Assembly (NCBI GenBank): GCA_965267575.1
Contig: OZ254086.1
Coordinates: forward strand, 1,504,001-1,568,000
Direction of reading: 5' to 3'
Length of the DNA: 64,000 nucleotides
From: Calditrichales bacterium
GTDB lineage: Bacteria; Calditrichota; Calditrichia; Calditrichales; J004
In this document: piece by piece, positions 47,731 to 57,544 of the stretch
Layout: each line of letters starts with the position of its first letter
Numbering within the stretch: position 1 is the stretch's first letter
The notes under the pieces: generated by a model
Told to the model about the DNA's origin: nothing
Databases searched by the model: none
What the model saw: only the letters and a program-made list of their open reading frames with translations
Translations under genes and position numbers: made by a program

Positions 47731-47894
47731 TTATAGAGTATTGAGTCAATTTAGGGTCATGACTAGACCAAAAGCGTCCTGCAATTGGGATTGTAATTGC
47801 AATTTGGAATATATTTTACATTAACGCGAATACCTGATTACGCACTTCGATACCCTTAAACGTTAACACTTTAATACTTTGCGAGTAAAGGAGT

Positions 47895-49661
47895 ATGTCC
47901 ATGCGAGGGACTCTGCTTCTGCTGATGTGTTTTGCTTTTTCCGGCGCGCAGGATGCCTGGAAAACCTATTACGAAAAATCCGGTTATCTGGAAACGCCAC
48001 GTTACGAGCAAACGGTTGAGTATGGTAAGATGCTTGCCGATAGCTTTCCGGCTATTCAGTACCGCTCTTTTGGCACAACTCCGCAAGGCCGCGATTTGCC
48101 TCTGCTGATTGTTGACAAGGACGGGCTGGATGACCCGCAGGCCATTCGTGAGAAGGGGCGCATTATTCTGATGCTGCAGGCGGGCATCCATTCCGGGGAG
48201 ATAGACGGCAAGGACGCCGGGTTTATCATTCTGCGCGACATGTTTGTGTACGGCAAGAACTATGAGTTGCTGGACAACGTGTCATTGCTGTTTATCCCGA
48301 TATTTAATGTGGACGGCCATGAGCGCTTTTCCGCCTACTCCCGCGCCAACCAGAATGGACCCCGAGAAATGGGCTGGCGCGCCACGGCCCAAAATTACAA
48401 TCTTAACCGCGATTATCTTAAAGCCGATGCACCGGAGATGCGTGCCTGGCTAAAACTATTTAATGATTGGCTTCCCGAGTTTTTTATAGACAGCCACGTG
48501 ACCGACGGCGCCGATTTTCCTTATGTCATAACGTTTGATGTTGACCTTAGCGGAATGATGGCGGAGAACCTGGTGGACTGGTCGAAAAACAAGTATATCC
48601 CCTTCCTCAAAAGGGAGATGAAAGCCGCCGGATTTCCTACTATAGAGTATGTGAACTTTCGAAAATGGAATGACCCGCGCAGCGGCTTGCAGGCTTTTTA
48701 TGCCAGGCCGCGTTATAGCACAGGCTATGTCGCAATCCAAAACCGGGTTGGTTTGCTGATTGAGACGCATATGTTTAAGCCCTACCGTGAACGGGTTGAG
48801 GCTACGCGCCAGATGGTGCTGCAGACCATGCGTTATCTCAACCAGGAGAAAAATACCCTTTCAAGCCTGGTCCGTGAAGCTGACCGTGACGCCGCTTCTG
48901 CCGAATTTCGACAAAGGCCTTTCGCGCTTACTTACACGCTGAGCGAAGATAGCACGATGGTTGACTTTTGGGGTTATGAGTTTGTTGTTGAGAAAAGCGA
49001 TCTCAGTGGCGGCCAGTGGTTTCGCTACTCCAATGATACCGTCACCTGGCGGATACCGTTTTTTAACACCTTCGAACCGGAGAATGTTACCACATTGCCC
49101 GTTGCCTATCTGCTGCCCCCGGAATGGCTGGAAGTGGCTGAGCGTTTGAAAGCGCACGGCATTGAATTCTGGAGGCTGGAAGAAAAGCGGAAGCTTACGG
49201 TCGGAACCTATCGCTTTGAGGACCCGGACTGGAGCGAGGCTCCCTGGGAGGGCAGGCATTATCTCAGCGTTAAAACAATCGCAATAGAAGAAACACGAAC
49301 CTACCCGGCCGGAACGATTGTGATTCCGATGCAGCAACGCGGCGCCCGTGTGGCTGCACATATTCTGGAGCCCGAAGCACCTGATTCTTACGTTTTCTGG
49401 GGATTCTTCGATTCTGTATTTGAGGTTAAGGAATATGTTGAATCCTATGTGATGGAAGAGAGGGCCCGCGTTATGCTGGCCAGCGATGCGGGACTTAAAA
49501 AACGTTTTGAACAAAAGATGGCCAATGATAGTACATTTGCTTCTGATCCCCGCGCTATACTCTTCTGGTTTTACCGCCAGTCGCCTTTTTGGGATGACAG
49601 GGTAAACAAATATCCCGTGGGAAAAATCTTTGATGAGCAGATTTATCAATCGCTTAAATGA
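47895..49661 (+). CDS. Exported M14-family zinc carboxypeptidase
   Basis: GIHSGEIDG, NVDGHE, NLNRD, DSHVTDG; signal peptide. Confidence 0.88.
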   Translation: MSMRGTLLLLMCFAFSGAQDAWKTYYEKSGYLETPRYEQTVEYGKMLADSFPAIQYRSFGTTPQGRDLPLLIVDKDGLDDPQAIREKGRIILMLQAGIHSGEIDGKDAGFIILRDMFVYGKNYELLDNVSLLFIPIFNVDGHERFSAYSRANQNGPREMGWRATAQNYNLNRDYLKADAPEMRAWLKLFNDWLPEFFIDSHVTDGADFPYVITFDVDLSGMMAENLVDWSKNKYIPFLKREMKAAGFPTIEYVNFRKWNDPRSGLQAFYARPRYSTGYVAIQNRVGLLIETHMFKPYRERVEATRQMVLQTMRYLNQEKNTLSSLVREADRDAASAEFRQRPFALTYTLSEDSTMVDFWGYEFVVEKSDLSGGQWFRYSNDTVTWRIPFFNTFEPENVTTLPVAYLLPPEWLEVAERLKAHGIEFWRLEEKRKLTVGTYRFEDPDWSEAPWEGRHYLSVKTIAIEETRTYPAGTIVIPMQQRGARVAAHILEPEAPDSYVFWGFFDSVFEVKEYVESYVMEERARVMLASDAGLKKRFEQKMANDSTFASDPRAILFWFYRQSPFWDDRVNKYPVGKIFDEQIYQSLK

Positions 49662-49669
49662 GGTGTGAG

Positions 49670-50053
49670 ATGCCTGTTAAAAAAAGCCTGATTGTTGTCG
49701 GGGACCGGGTTTTAATAAAGCCGGAAAGCGAAAAGGAACGGACGGCTTCCGGCCTGTACCTGCCCCAGGGCGTTGAAACCAAGGAAAAAGTACAGGGCGG
49801 TTACGTTTACAAGGTAGGTCCGGGATATCCGCTCCCCAACCCGAACGAAGGCGACGAGCCATGGGAAAGCCATGGTCAGAGGGAGCCGCGCTACCTGCCC
49901 TTGCAGGCCCAGGAAGGGGATTTTGCCCTGTTCCTGAGAAAAACCGCAGTGGAGATAGAGTTTGAACAGGAGAATTTTCTCCTCGTGCCGCAATCTGCCA
50001 TATTGCTTTTGGTACGTGAAGATATACTGGCAAACCTGAATAAGGATGAATAA
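49670..50053 (+). CDS. GroES-family co-chaperone, no adjacent groEL
   Basis: GDRVLIKP, RTASGLYLP, VGPG; start at ATG 49670 after GAGGTG. Confidence 0.85.
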   Translation: MPVKKSLIVVGDRVLIKPESEKERTASGLYLPQGVETKEKVQGGYVYKVGPGYPLPNPNEGDEPWESHGQREPRYLPLQAQEGDFALFLRKTAVEIEFEQENFLLVPQSAILLLVREDILANLNKDE

Positions 50054-50146
50054 CCTTGAGTTTTTACAAAAGCATGGCGTTTGGCCGATTGTTTTTGGTG
50101 TTTTGTTTGTGTTTTGGTTTTTGCAATTTGGAAATTGGATAGTTTT

Positions 50147-51322
50147 ATGATGCTTGTTTTGAGATTTATTTTTATGGTTACGCTGCTGGCCGTAAGCGCA
50201 TACGCGGCCCGCGCCTTGTTACGGAAAGTCAACAGGAAAAGCTGGCAATCCGCCACGGTTGAACATATTGCAGCCGCGTTGCCTTATTTGCTGCTTGCGG
50301 GTGCCGTTTTTTGGGGCGCAGGCAGCTATCTGAATATCGCCTTCATGAAAATGGCAGGTGCCACCTGGACCGCCTTCTTGATAATGGCCAGTGCGATCCT
50401 TTTGATTACACTGCCGCTTTCCATGGTGCTGATCCCGGTTTTTAAAAAAGACGAAAGTGACGATGACGTTTCTGTTGATTTGAAAAAAAGGACTTTACTT
50501 AAGGGCGCTGTGGGAGCAGCACCGCTGCTGTTTCTGGGTAGCGCGGCCAAGGGCGTTGCTGACTCTTTTTCATCGGTGCGTCTGCCGCTGATTGATATTG
50601 AGGTTCCGGGGCTGCCCGATGCGCTGGAGGGCAAAACTATCCTGCATTTATCGGACCTGCATCTGGGCTACTATTTTGGTTTGGACCATCTGGAAAATAC
50701 TCTTTTGGCGGCGGAAAAATTTGATCCGGATCTGGTGGCGGTTACCGGTGATATCGCTGATGACCTGACGCTGATGACCGACGCGATGAATCTCATCGGT
50801 CAGTATAAACCGAATACGCAGAAGTTTGCTTCTATTGGTAACCATGAGTATTTCCGAGGCATTAACGACGCCATAAGGCAAATCGAAAAAGGCCCGGTTC
50901 CGCTGCTGAAAAACGACAACCTTTCGACTTCGGTGGCCGGTGTCCCTGTTGTTGTCGGCGGTGCTGATGACCCGGCTTACCTCCACGGCGATATATCGGG
51001 ATTCCTGGATGACAGTCTTTCCAAAACGTTTGCCGGCGCCAAAGAAACGCCTTTCCGTCTGCTGCTCAGCCACCGTCCCTCGGCGTTGGACGTGGCCTCC
51101 AAACATAATGTAAACCTTGTATTGAGTGGTCATACCCACGCCGGACAGCTAGGCATCAACAGGCAAAGTCTTTTTTCCTACATGAACCCCGAAGCCTACT
51201 TGTGGGGTGTCTATCAGAAAGACAATGCGCGTCTTTACACATCGGCGGGTATGGGACATTGGTTTCCCTTCCGTCTCGGCGCACCCCTCGAAGCGCCGCT
51301 TATCCGGCTACGCAAAGCCTGA
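50147..51322 (+). CDS. Membrane-anchored metallophosphoesterase (YkuE/YaeI-like)
   Basis: SDLH, TGD, GNHE, LSH, SGHTHAGQ; N-terminal TM helices; start moved to 50147. Confidence 0.88.
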   Translation: MMLVLRFIFMVTLLAVSAYAARALLRKVNRKSWQSATVEHIAAALPYLLLAGAVFWGAGSYLNIAFMKMAGATWTAFLIMASAILLITLPLSMVLIPVFKKDESDDDVSVDLKKRTLLKGAVGAAPLLFLGSAAKGVADSFSSVRLPLIDIEVPGLPDALEGKTILHLSDLHLGYYFGLDHLENTLLAAEKFDPDLVAVTGDIADDLTLMTDAMNLIGQYKPNTQKFASIGNHEYFRGINDAIRQIEKGPVPLLKNDNLSTSVAGVPVVVGGADDPAYLHGDISGFLDDSLSKTFAGAKETPFRLLLSHRPSALDVASKHNVNLVLSGHTHAGQLGINRQSLFSYMNPEAYLWGVYQKDNARLYTSAGMGHWFPFRLGAPLEAPLIRLRKA

Positions 51323-51469
51323 AAAGAGAATTGAATATTAATGAAGCCATCAAACCTTCCGAAAATAGTTGCTCTTTAAATTAATTCAAGCTGCCGCTAC
51401 AGAAATGATAATGTAAATTTGTCTTTTCGCACTTTGCGCGATTGCATTTAAGTCGGAGGATTCACAACG

Positions 51470-51925
51470 ATGGCTGCGATGGTTCATGCGCTGCGACCCA
51501 TTGAAATCCTGTTGATAGAAGACAGCCCGTCCGATGCCCTGCTTACCAGGGAATCACTAAAAGAAAGCAATGTAAAGTGCCATGTTTCCGTTGTGGCAAG
51601 CGGCAGTGAAGCGCAGGCATTTTTGCTGCAAGAACAGGCTTATCAAAACACCACCCGGCCCGATCTGATCATCATGGACCTTAAACTTCCCCGGGGCGAA
51701 GGGCCGGAAACCTTACGTCGCATCAAAGAAGATCCCCGTTTCAGACATATCCCGGTCATCGTTTTATCCTCATCAGACGCCGAAGAAGACATCAATTTCG
51801 CCTACAGACATTCCGCAAATTGTTATATCACAAAGCCGGTAGACCTGGAGCGTTTTAGCGAGGTGATATCGGTAATGCAGAAATTTTGGTGTGAAGCCGC
51901 ACAATTACCATCCCACGAAGAGTAA
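51470..51925 (+). CDS. Single-domain response regulator (Rcp1/CheY-like)
   Basis: ILLIEDS, PDLIIMDLKLP, IPVIVLSSS, ANCYITKP. Confidence 0.9.
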   Translation: MAAMVHALRPIEILLIEDSPSDALLTRESLKESNVKCHVSVVASGSEAQAFLLQEQAYQNTTRPDLIIMDLKLPRGEGPETLRRIKEDPRFRHIPVIVLSSSDAEEDINFAYRHSANCYITKPVDLERFSEVISVMQKFWCEAAQLPSHEE

Positions 51926-51927
51926 AT

Positions 51928-52209
51928 ATGGACAAAAAAATCGAACTAAGTCTATACGTTTACGGCCTCAATTCTTCAAACAACCGCGTTATTGCGCGTC
52001 TGATAAAGACACTCGATGATCAGTTGAGGGATGACTATAAATTTAATGTTTATGATCTCAAGAAAGACCCGGTGCCCGGATTGCGCGGAGAAATTCTCGT
52101 AACCCCAACGCTGGTGCGCGATTATCCCGAACCAAACATAAAAATTACCGGTGACCTTGAAAATACGGCCAACATTATGTTGAAACTGGAATTGCTGGGC
52201 GGAAAGTAG
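51928..52209 (+). CDS. KaiB-like protein
   Basis: LSLYVYG...YKFNVYDL..P...ILVTPTLVR..PEP..KITGDL follows the KaiB pattern. Confidence 0.75.
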   Translation: MDKKIELSLYVYGLNSSNNRVIARLIKTLDDQLRDDYKFNVYDLKKDPVPGLRGEILVTPTLVRDYPEPNIKITGDLENTANIMLKLELLGGK

Positions 52210-52212
52210 AAA

Positions 52213-54072
52213 ATGAATACTCAGAAACTGCGCATAGTAATGATCGAAGATAATACCGCCGATGCCGCTTTTATGCGTACAATCCTTATGGAGGAGCCCT
52301 CTGTGGAGATTTCTTTCCACTGGGAAAAACGCCTCGAGGATGGCATCAAATATTGCCGTAAGAGACGCAACAGCGTGGATGTGGTCCTGTTGGATCTTTC
52401 TTTGCCGGACAGCAGCGGCATACGCACTCTGGAGCGATTTACAAGTGCCTGTGCCGATTTGCCGGTTATTGTTTTAAGCGCCCTGAGCGATGAAGAGCTG
52501 GCCCTGGAGACGCTGAAGAGCGGTGCGCAGGACTATGTGCTAAAAGGCCAGTTTGAGCGTACCCTTGTTCTTAAGACTATCTACTATGCGATTGAACGGC
52601 AAAAGCTGACGACCCAGCTAAGCCGCCAAAAAGAGAATCTTTCCTGGATTGAAAAGCGCCTGCGCACAATTATTACCAGTTCACTGGACGGCATATTGGT
52701 GGTTGATAAAAAGGGCTTTATTCGTTTTGCCAACCCCAGCGCGGAGCGGCTTTTTGGTCGTACACAAAAAGAGCTGATTGGTTTTCAATTTGGCATTCCG
52801 CTGATAAAGGGCGAAAGCGTTGACCTGGAAATATTTAATCCGCATCAGGAACAGGCGTTTGTAGAGCTGCACCTGGTTGAGATCAACTGGGAGGGCACCG
52901 ATGCAAACCTGCTTACCATGGGTGATATTACAGAGCGGCGAAAAGCGGAAGAGGCCATACGTGACAGTGAAGAAAAATTCCGCGCTATCGCCACCACGGC
53001 TACGGACGGCATAATACATCTGAATGAGCGTAATGAAGTAGTATTTATCAACGACGCCGCCTGCCATATTTTTAATATCGAAGAAAGGCCGTCCACGGTA
53101 GAGCCGTTCTCCCTTTTGCTTAAAGGAAACGAGCAGCTTCTAAAGTTTATAGAAGGAAAACGCAAAATCTCCGACCGCTTAAAATTTGAAGACGATCAGC
53201 AACAAAATCCGCATGAAATCCGCGTTAAACGCGTAGGAGATGAAGTTTTCCCCATCGAACTGTCTTTGTCCTTTTTTCGCCGTAAAGGCCGCAAACAAAC
53301 CGTTTGCATCATCCGTGATATAACCGAAAGAAAACGCTCCGAAGAGATCCTCGTTGATACACGAAATGAACTAAAAGATGCCCTGTCTGAACTGCAAAAC
53401 AACCAGGAGCGCCTCGTGGAAGTTGAAAAGCTAAACAGCGTGCGCGAACTGGCCGGCGCCATTGCTCATGAATTTTCGCAGCCGCTTCAGGGGCTGTTTA
53501 ATTATTTCCACCTCATCCGGAATAACGAGCCTCGTGAAGAATACTTTGAAAAAGCCGAGCAGCTTCTTAATCGCATCTCCGACCTCAAAAACAGCCTTAC
53601 CAATATTACCAGTCTGCACCAGAAGAGCTATCTTGATTCCAAGATCCTCGACATCTATGCCTCAAGCGAAATCAGTGAGGCGGATAAGAAATCGAACATT
53701 CTTGTAGTAGACGATGAACGGGAAATCCTGGAAACAATGATGGATATTTTTAACAATGCCGGGTTTACCTGCTACGGTGCCAGCGACGGTACAGAGGCCC
53801 TGGAAATTGCTTCCGGCCACACGTTTGATCTGATCATATCCGATGTTATGATGCAGCAAATGAATGGCCCCGAACTCTATCGTCAATTGAAAAAGCTGAA
53901 TTACGGAGGAAAATTTATTTTTATTACCGGCTACGAAATAGAGCGCGAAATGGAAGATATAGTGGGAGAAGTAGACGGCGTTATAAGCAAGCCCGTTGCC
54001 TTCCAGGACCTGCTAAATTCGGTTCGCTATGTTCTGAACAAGGAACGAGATAAAGAAGACAGCACCGTTTAG
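52213..54072 (+). CDS. REC-PAS-PAS-HisKA-REC signalling protein lacking a HATPase domain
   Basis: Two receivers, two PAS domains ending DITERR/DITERK, H-box AHEFSQPL; no N/G1/F/G2 boxes before the final REC. Confidence 0.82.
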   Translation: MNTQKLRIVMIEDNTADAAFMRTILMEEPSVEISFHWEKRLEDGIKYCRKRRNSVDVVLLDLSLPDSSGIRTLERFTSACADLPVIVLSALSDEELALETLKSGAQDYVLKGQFERTLVLKTIYYAIERQKLTTQLSRQKENLSWIEKRLRTIITSSLDGILVVDKKGFIRFANPSAERLFGRTQKELIGFQFGIPLIKGESVDLEIFNPHQEQAFVELHLVEINWEGTDANLLTMGDITERRKAEEAIRDSEEKFRAIATTATDGIIHLNERNEVVFINDAACHIFNIEERPSTVEPFSLLLKGNEQLLKFIEGKRKISDRLKFEDDQQQNPHEIRVKRVGDEVFPIELSLSFFRRKGRKQTVCIIRDITERKRSEEILVDTRNELKDALSELQNNQERLVEVEKLNSVRELAGAIAHEFSQPLQGLFNYFHLIRNNEPREEYFEKAEQLLNRISDLKNSLTNITSLHQKSYLDSKILDIYASSEISEADKKSNILVVDDEREILETMMDIFNNAGFTCYGASDGTEALEIASGHTFDLIISDVMMQQMNGPELYRQLKKLNYGGKFIFITGYEIEREMEDIVGEVDGVISKPVAFQDLLNSVRYVLNKERDKEDSTV

Positions 54073-54175
54073 AAAGTACACAAGGTGTTGAATTTGTCTG
54101 TTTTAAATGTTTAAATTGCGTTTTAAAAACCCACTAATAACATAATTTAAATATCGGAAATGGAACGGAGGACAA

Positions 54176-55783
54176 ATGAAGCCATTTTATGGTGCCGGCG
54201 TGAGCGCACGGGAAGTATCGACGGCTGGCCTCAAGAACCTTAAAAAGGTTCATTATAATCTGAGCCCGGCGGCACTTTACGAAGAAGCCCTGCGCAACGG
54301 CGAAGGTGTAATGGCCGATGGCGGGCCGCTGGTTGTGGAAACAGGAAAATTTACCGGCCGCTCCCCCAACGATAAGTTTGTAGTTAAGGATGAAAACAGT
54401 GCCGACAAAGTAGCCTGGGGAAAAGTAAACGTCGCTATCGATCCGGGAAAATTTGATAAGCTTTATGATAAAATAAGAGCCTATTTTCAGGATCGCGAAG
54501 TTTATGTGCTGGATGCTTTTGCCGGCGCCGACGAAGATTACCGCTTGTCGGTGCGCATTATAACGGAACTCGCCTGGCACAGTCTGTTTGTTCAAAATAT
54601 GTTTATCCGTATTACCGATAAAAAGGTATTGGAAAAATTTGAGCCGGGCTTTACGGTTATCAACGCTTCCATGCTGCAGGGCGATCCCGAACTGGATGGT
54701 CTTAATTCGGAGACATTTATCATCGTTAACTTTACAAAGCGCATGGTAATAATTGGCGGAACACAGTATGCCGGGGAAAATAAAAAATCGGTTTTCAGCG
54801 TATTAAATTATATCCTGCCGCAACAAGGAGTATTACCGATGCACTGCAGCGCCAACGTTGGTAAAGAGGGCGATTCCGCATTGTTTTTCGGCTTATCCGG
54901 AACGGGAAAGACCACACTTTCAGCGGACCCGACCCGCGCGCTGATCGGCGATGACGAGCATGGCTGGAGCGAAAACGGGATTTTTAACTTTGAAGGGGGA
55001 TGTTATGCTAAGGTTATCCGCCTATCCGAAGAAGCCGAACCGGCCATTTACCGCACTACACAGACTTTTGGAACCGTCCTTGAGAATGTGGTGCTTGACC
55101 CGCACACACGTATCCCCGATCTGGACGATGGCAGCAAAACCGAAAACACCCGTGCCTCATATCCCATCTCGCAGCTGGATAATATTGTGGAAGACGGCAA
55201 AGGCAATCACCCCAAAAATATAATTTTTCTTACCGCGGACGCGTTTGGCGTTTTACCGCCGCTTTCCAGGCTTACCCCGGAACAGGCCATGTACCAGTTT
55301 CTGCTGGGTTATACGGCCAAAGTGGCCGGTACGGAACGTGGGGTGACCGAACCTCAGGCGACGTTCAGCACTTGCTTTGGTGCGCCTTTTATGCCGCTGC
55401 ACCCCAGCGAGTATTCCAAACTGCTTGGAAAGAAAATTGAGAAATACAATGTGAATTGCTGGCTTGTTAATACCGGCTGGACCGGCGGTCCTTACGGTGT
55501 TGGCAAACGTATTTCCATTAAACATACGCGTGCTCTGCTCAATGCGGCACTGGAAGGCAAGATGGAAAGTGTCTCTTTTTCGAAGGACCCGGTTTTTGGT
55601 TTGCAGGTGCCGGATAAATGCCCGGGCGTTCCTGATGAGGTGTTGATGCCGAGAAATACATGGAACGATAAATCAGCCTATGACAAAAAAGCGGCCGACC
55701 TTGCTACGTTGTTCAAAGAAAACTTCAAAAAATATGAACAGTTTGTAAGCGAGGCGGTGCGTAAAGCCGGACCGAGCGTATAG
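54176..55783 (+). CDS. pckA: Phosphoenolpyruvate carboxykinase (ATP)
   Basis: [36 protein letters not shown]. Confidence 0.96.
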   Translation: MKPFYGAGVSAREVSTAGLKNLKKVHYNLSPAALYEEALRNGEGVMADGGPLVVETGKFTGRSPNDKFVVKDENSADKVAWGKVNVAIDPGKFDKLYDKIRAYFQDREVYVLDAFAGADEDYRLSVRIITELAWHSLFVQNMFIRITDKKVLEKFEPGFTVINASMLQGDPELDGLNSETFIIVNFTKRMVIIGGTQYAGENKKSVFSVLNYILPQQGVLPMHCSANVGKEGDSALFFGLSGTGKTTLSADPTRALIGDDEHGWSENGIFNFEGGCYAKVIRLSEEAEPAIYRTTQTFGTVLENVVLDPHTRIPDLDDGSKTENTRASYPISQLDNIVEDGKGNHPKNIIFLTADAFGVLPPLSRLTPEQAMYQFLLGYTAKVAGTERGVTEPQATFSTCFGAPFMPLHPSEYSKLLGKKIEKYNVNCWLVNTGWTGGPYGVGKRISIKHTRALLNAALEGKMESVSFSKDPVFGLQVPDKCPGVPDEVLMPRNTWNDKSAYDKKAADLATLFKENFKKYEQFVSEAVRKAGPSV

Positions 55784-55794
55784 ACGAAATTATC

Positions 55795-55821
55795 AGCCCC
55801 GCCCAGCGGGGCTTTTTTTTT
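55795..55821 (+). terminator. Intrinsic terminator after pckA
   Basis: AGCCCCGC-CCA-GCGGGGCT plus long T run. Confidence 0.88.
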
Positions 55822-55894
55822 GCACCGAATCGTTTTGTTTGCATTAGAAAAGTTACGGTTATAGCATTGTGCCACATTAAACCGAGATACTGTT

Positions 55895-56758
55895 ATGAAG
55901 AAACTTTCCATCATTGCTCTTTTTCTTTCCGTTTTTATGTTAGCGGGTTGCAGCGAGCTATTGCAGTTTTTGCAGCTTTCAAAAGTTGAAAAACCGACCG
56001 CCAGGGTCAGCAGCGCCAGGATAACGTCCTTGTCCTTCAGCGAGGCGCAGATATTGGTGGATATCCAATTGCAAAATCCCAACAATCTTTCCATCAAGCT
56101 GGCCGCCATGGATTATGATCTCAGTATCAATGAATTCAGTCTGATAAGCGGTAATAAGGATGATGAACTAAGCATTGCAGCGCGTGACAGCAGCTTGGTG
56201 CAATTGCCTTTTACTCTGCGCTACGACGATTTATACAACTCTCTGAAAAGCCTTAGCGGCAAAGACACTTCGTCCTATAATTTCAGCGGCGGTCTCAGCT
56301 TCGATGTACCGGTGCTGGGGCAGGTACGGGTGCCGGTAAGCAAAAGCGGCATACTGCCTCTTCTGCGGTTGCCCAAAGTCAATCTCGAAAAGCTAAAGCT
56401 GAATACGGTAAGCTGGACCGGCGCCGATCTGCAGCTCGATGTTTCCGTGGAAAGCTTCGGCGGTCTGGAATTGTTTGTGGACAAGCTCGATTATTCGCTG
56501 CAGGTAAATGGCCGCAAGTGGCTGGATAGCGCTATCAACAAACGCATTGATCTGGCGCAGGAGGGCAAGAAGATTATTTCCATACCATTTAAGCTGGATT
56601 TCCTGGAAATGGGGCGCTCAGCCTATGACGCTATCATGGGCGATGCGCCGCTCAGCTATGATTTCAGTGGTCTGATCAAGGTGGGTTCGGAAAATCCGCT
56701 GCTAAAAGACGCGTCCTTTAATTTTGAAGACCTAAGCTCCGTGGAGCTGTGGAAGTAG
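55895..56758 (+). CDS. Lipoprotein with two LEA_2/WHy domains
   Basis: Lipobox LAG-C; NPN motif; duplicated DY.L.IN/VN pattern. Confidence 0.8.
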   Translation: MKKLSIIALFLSVFMLAGCSELLQFLQLSKVEKPTARVSSARITSLSFSEAQILVDIQLQNPNNLSIKLAAMDYDLSINEFSLISGNKDDELSIAARDSSLVQLPFTLRYDDLYNSLKSLSGKDTSSYNFSGGLSFDVPVLGQVRVPVSKSGILPLLRLPKVNLEKLKLNTVSWTGADLQLDVSVESFGGLELFVDKLDYSLQVNGRKWLDSAINKRIDLAQEGKKIISIPFKLDFLEMGRSAYDAIMGDAPLSYDFSGLIKVGSENPLLKDASFNFEDLSSVELWK

Positions 56759-56793
56759 TGGCGAATTGTTGTTAACGCGCCATTTTCATTATC

Positions 56794-56895
56794 GTCATTC
56801 CCACGAATGCGGGAATCCGGGAAACGTGCTTTTGCCCATAGCCAGATAATTTTCCGGCGAAGGGTCCAATGGAGCCCCACTTTCGCGGGGATGAC
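56794..56895. repeat. Inverted pair of 26-bp palindromic units (REPIN-like doublet)
   Basis: GTCATTCCCACGAATGCGGGAATCCG (56794-56819), 50-bp spacer, TGGAGCCCCACTTTCGCGGGGATGAC (56870-56895); same family as 13894-13997. Confidence 0.8.
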
Positions 56896-56906
56896 ATCAT
56901 CATCAA

Positions 56907-57542
56907 CTAACCAACATTCAGCATGTACCAATGGTCGCCGCGCTGGGGATTTTTTGTAAAGCCGATTTTGCGCAGGAATTTTTCGTGCGTGCCACGACTG
57001 TGAATATGCAGTGTTTTGACGCCTTTTTCTTGCAGTACTTTCCGACCCTCGCCAAATAATAAAAAACGCGCCGCTTTCAGATCGCGAAAGTCAGGAATGA
57101 CGTAATCTGCCTTTATTTCGTAATCGGTCGCCGAGAGTGGTTCGGCCACAAACAGGCCCACCGGTAGCATATTTCGCAAAGTAAACAAAGACAGGGGGTT
57201 ACGCAGTTTGGAGATGTCAAATTCCGGGAAGAAATGTTCGATGTCTTTTCCGTGAAAGCGCAGAAAGCGGCCGATAAAAGGCTTGCCCAGGGCAGAGGCT
57301 TCCAGGACTTCAAACTGGTCACGCGCCCGGCGCATTTGCCACAGATAATAAACATCAACCACGGCGATCCAGCCGTTAAGAGCCAACACAGGATATGCCC
57401 CTATCAGCAAACCATACAGCGCAAAAACGGACGCGCCGGCAAAGTTCCACCAACGCAGCCGCACAATCGATTTCATCATCAGCGACAGGGCAACCGTAAC
57501 CGAACCCGTGTAGCCGATGACCTCCAGCCAGTTAATTTCCAT
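56907..57542 (-). CDS. Membrane protein, YgjV-like TM N-terminus plus a GNAT-like soluble domain
   Basis: IGYTGS..VALSL, LRWWN, YGLLI.AYPV; C-terminal DYVIPDFRD, FLRKIGF. Confidence 0.65.
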   Translation of the reverse strand: MEINWLEVIGYTGSVTVALSLMMKSIVRLRWWNFAGASVFALYGLLIGAYPVLALNGWIAVVDVYYLWQMRRARDQFEVLEASALGKPFIGRFLRFHGKDIEHFFPEFDISKLRNPLSLFTLRNMLPVGLFVAEPLSATDYEIKADYVIPDFRDLKAARFLLFGEGRKVLQEKGVKTLHIHSRGTHEKFLRKIGFTKNPQRGDHWYMLNVG

Positions 57543-57544
57543 AT

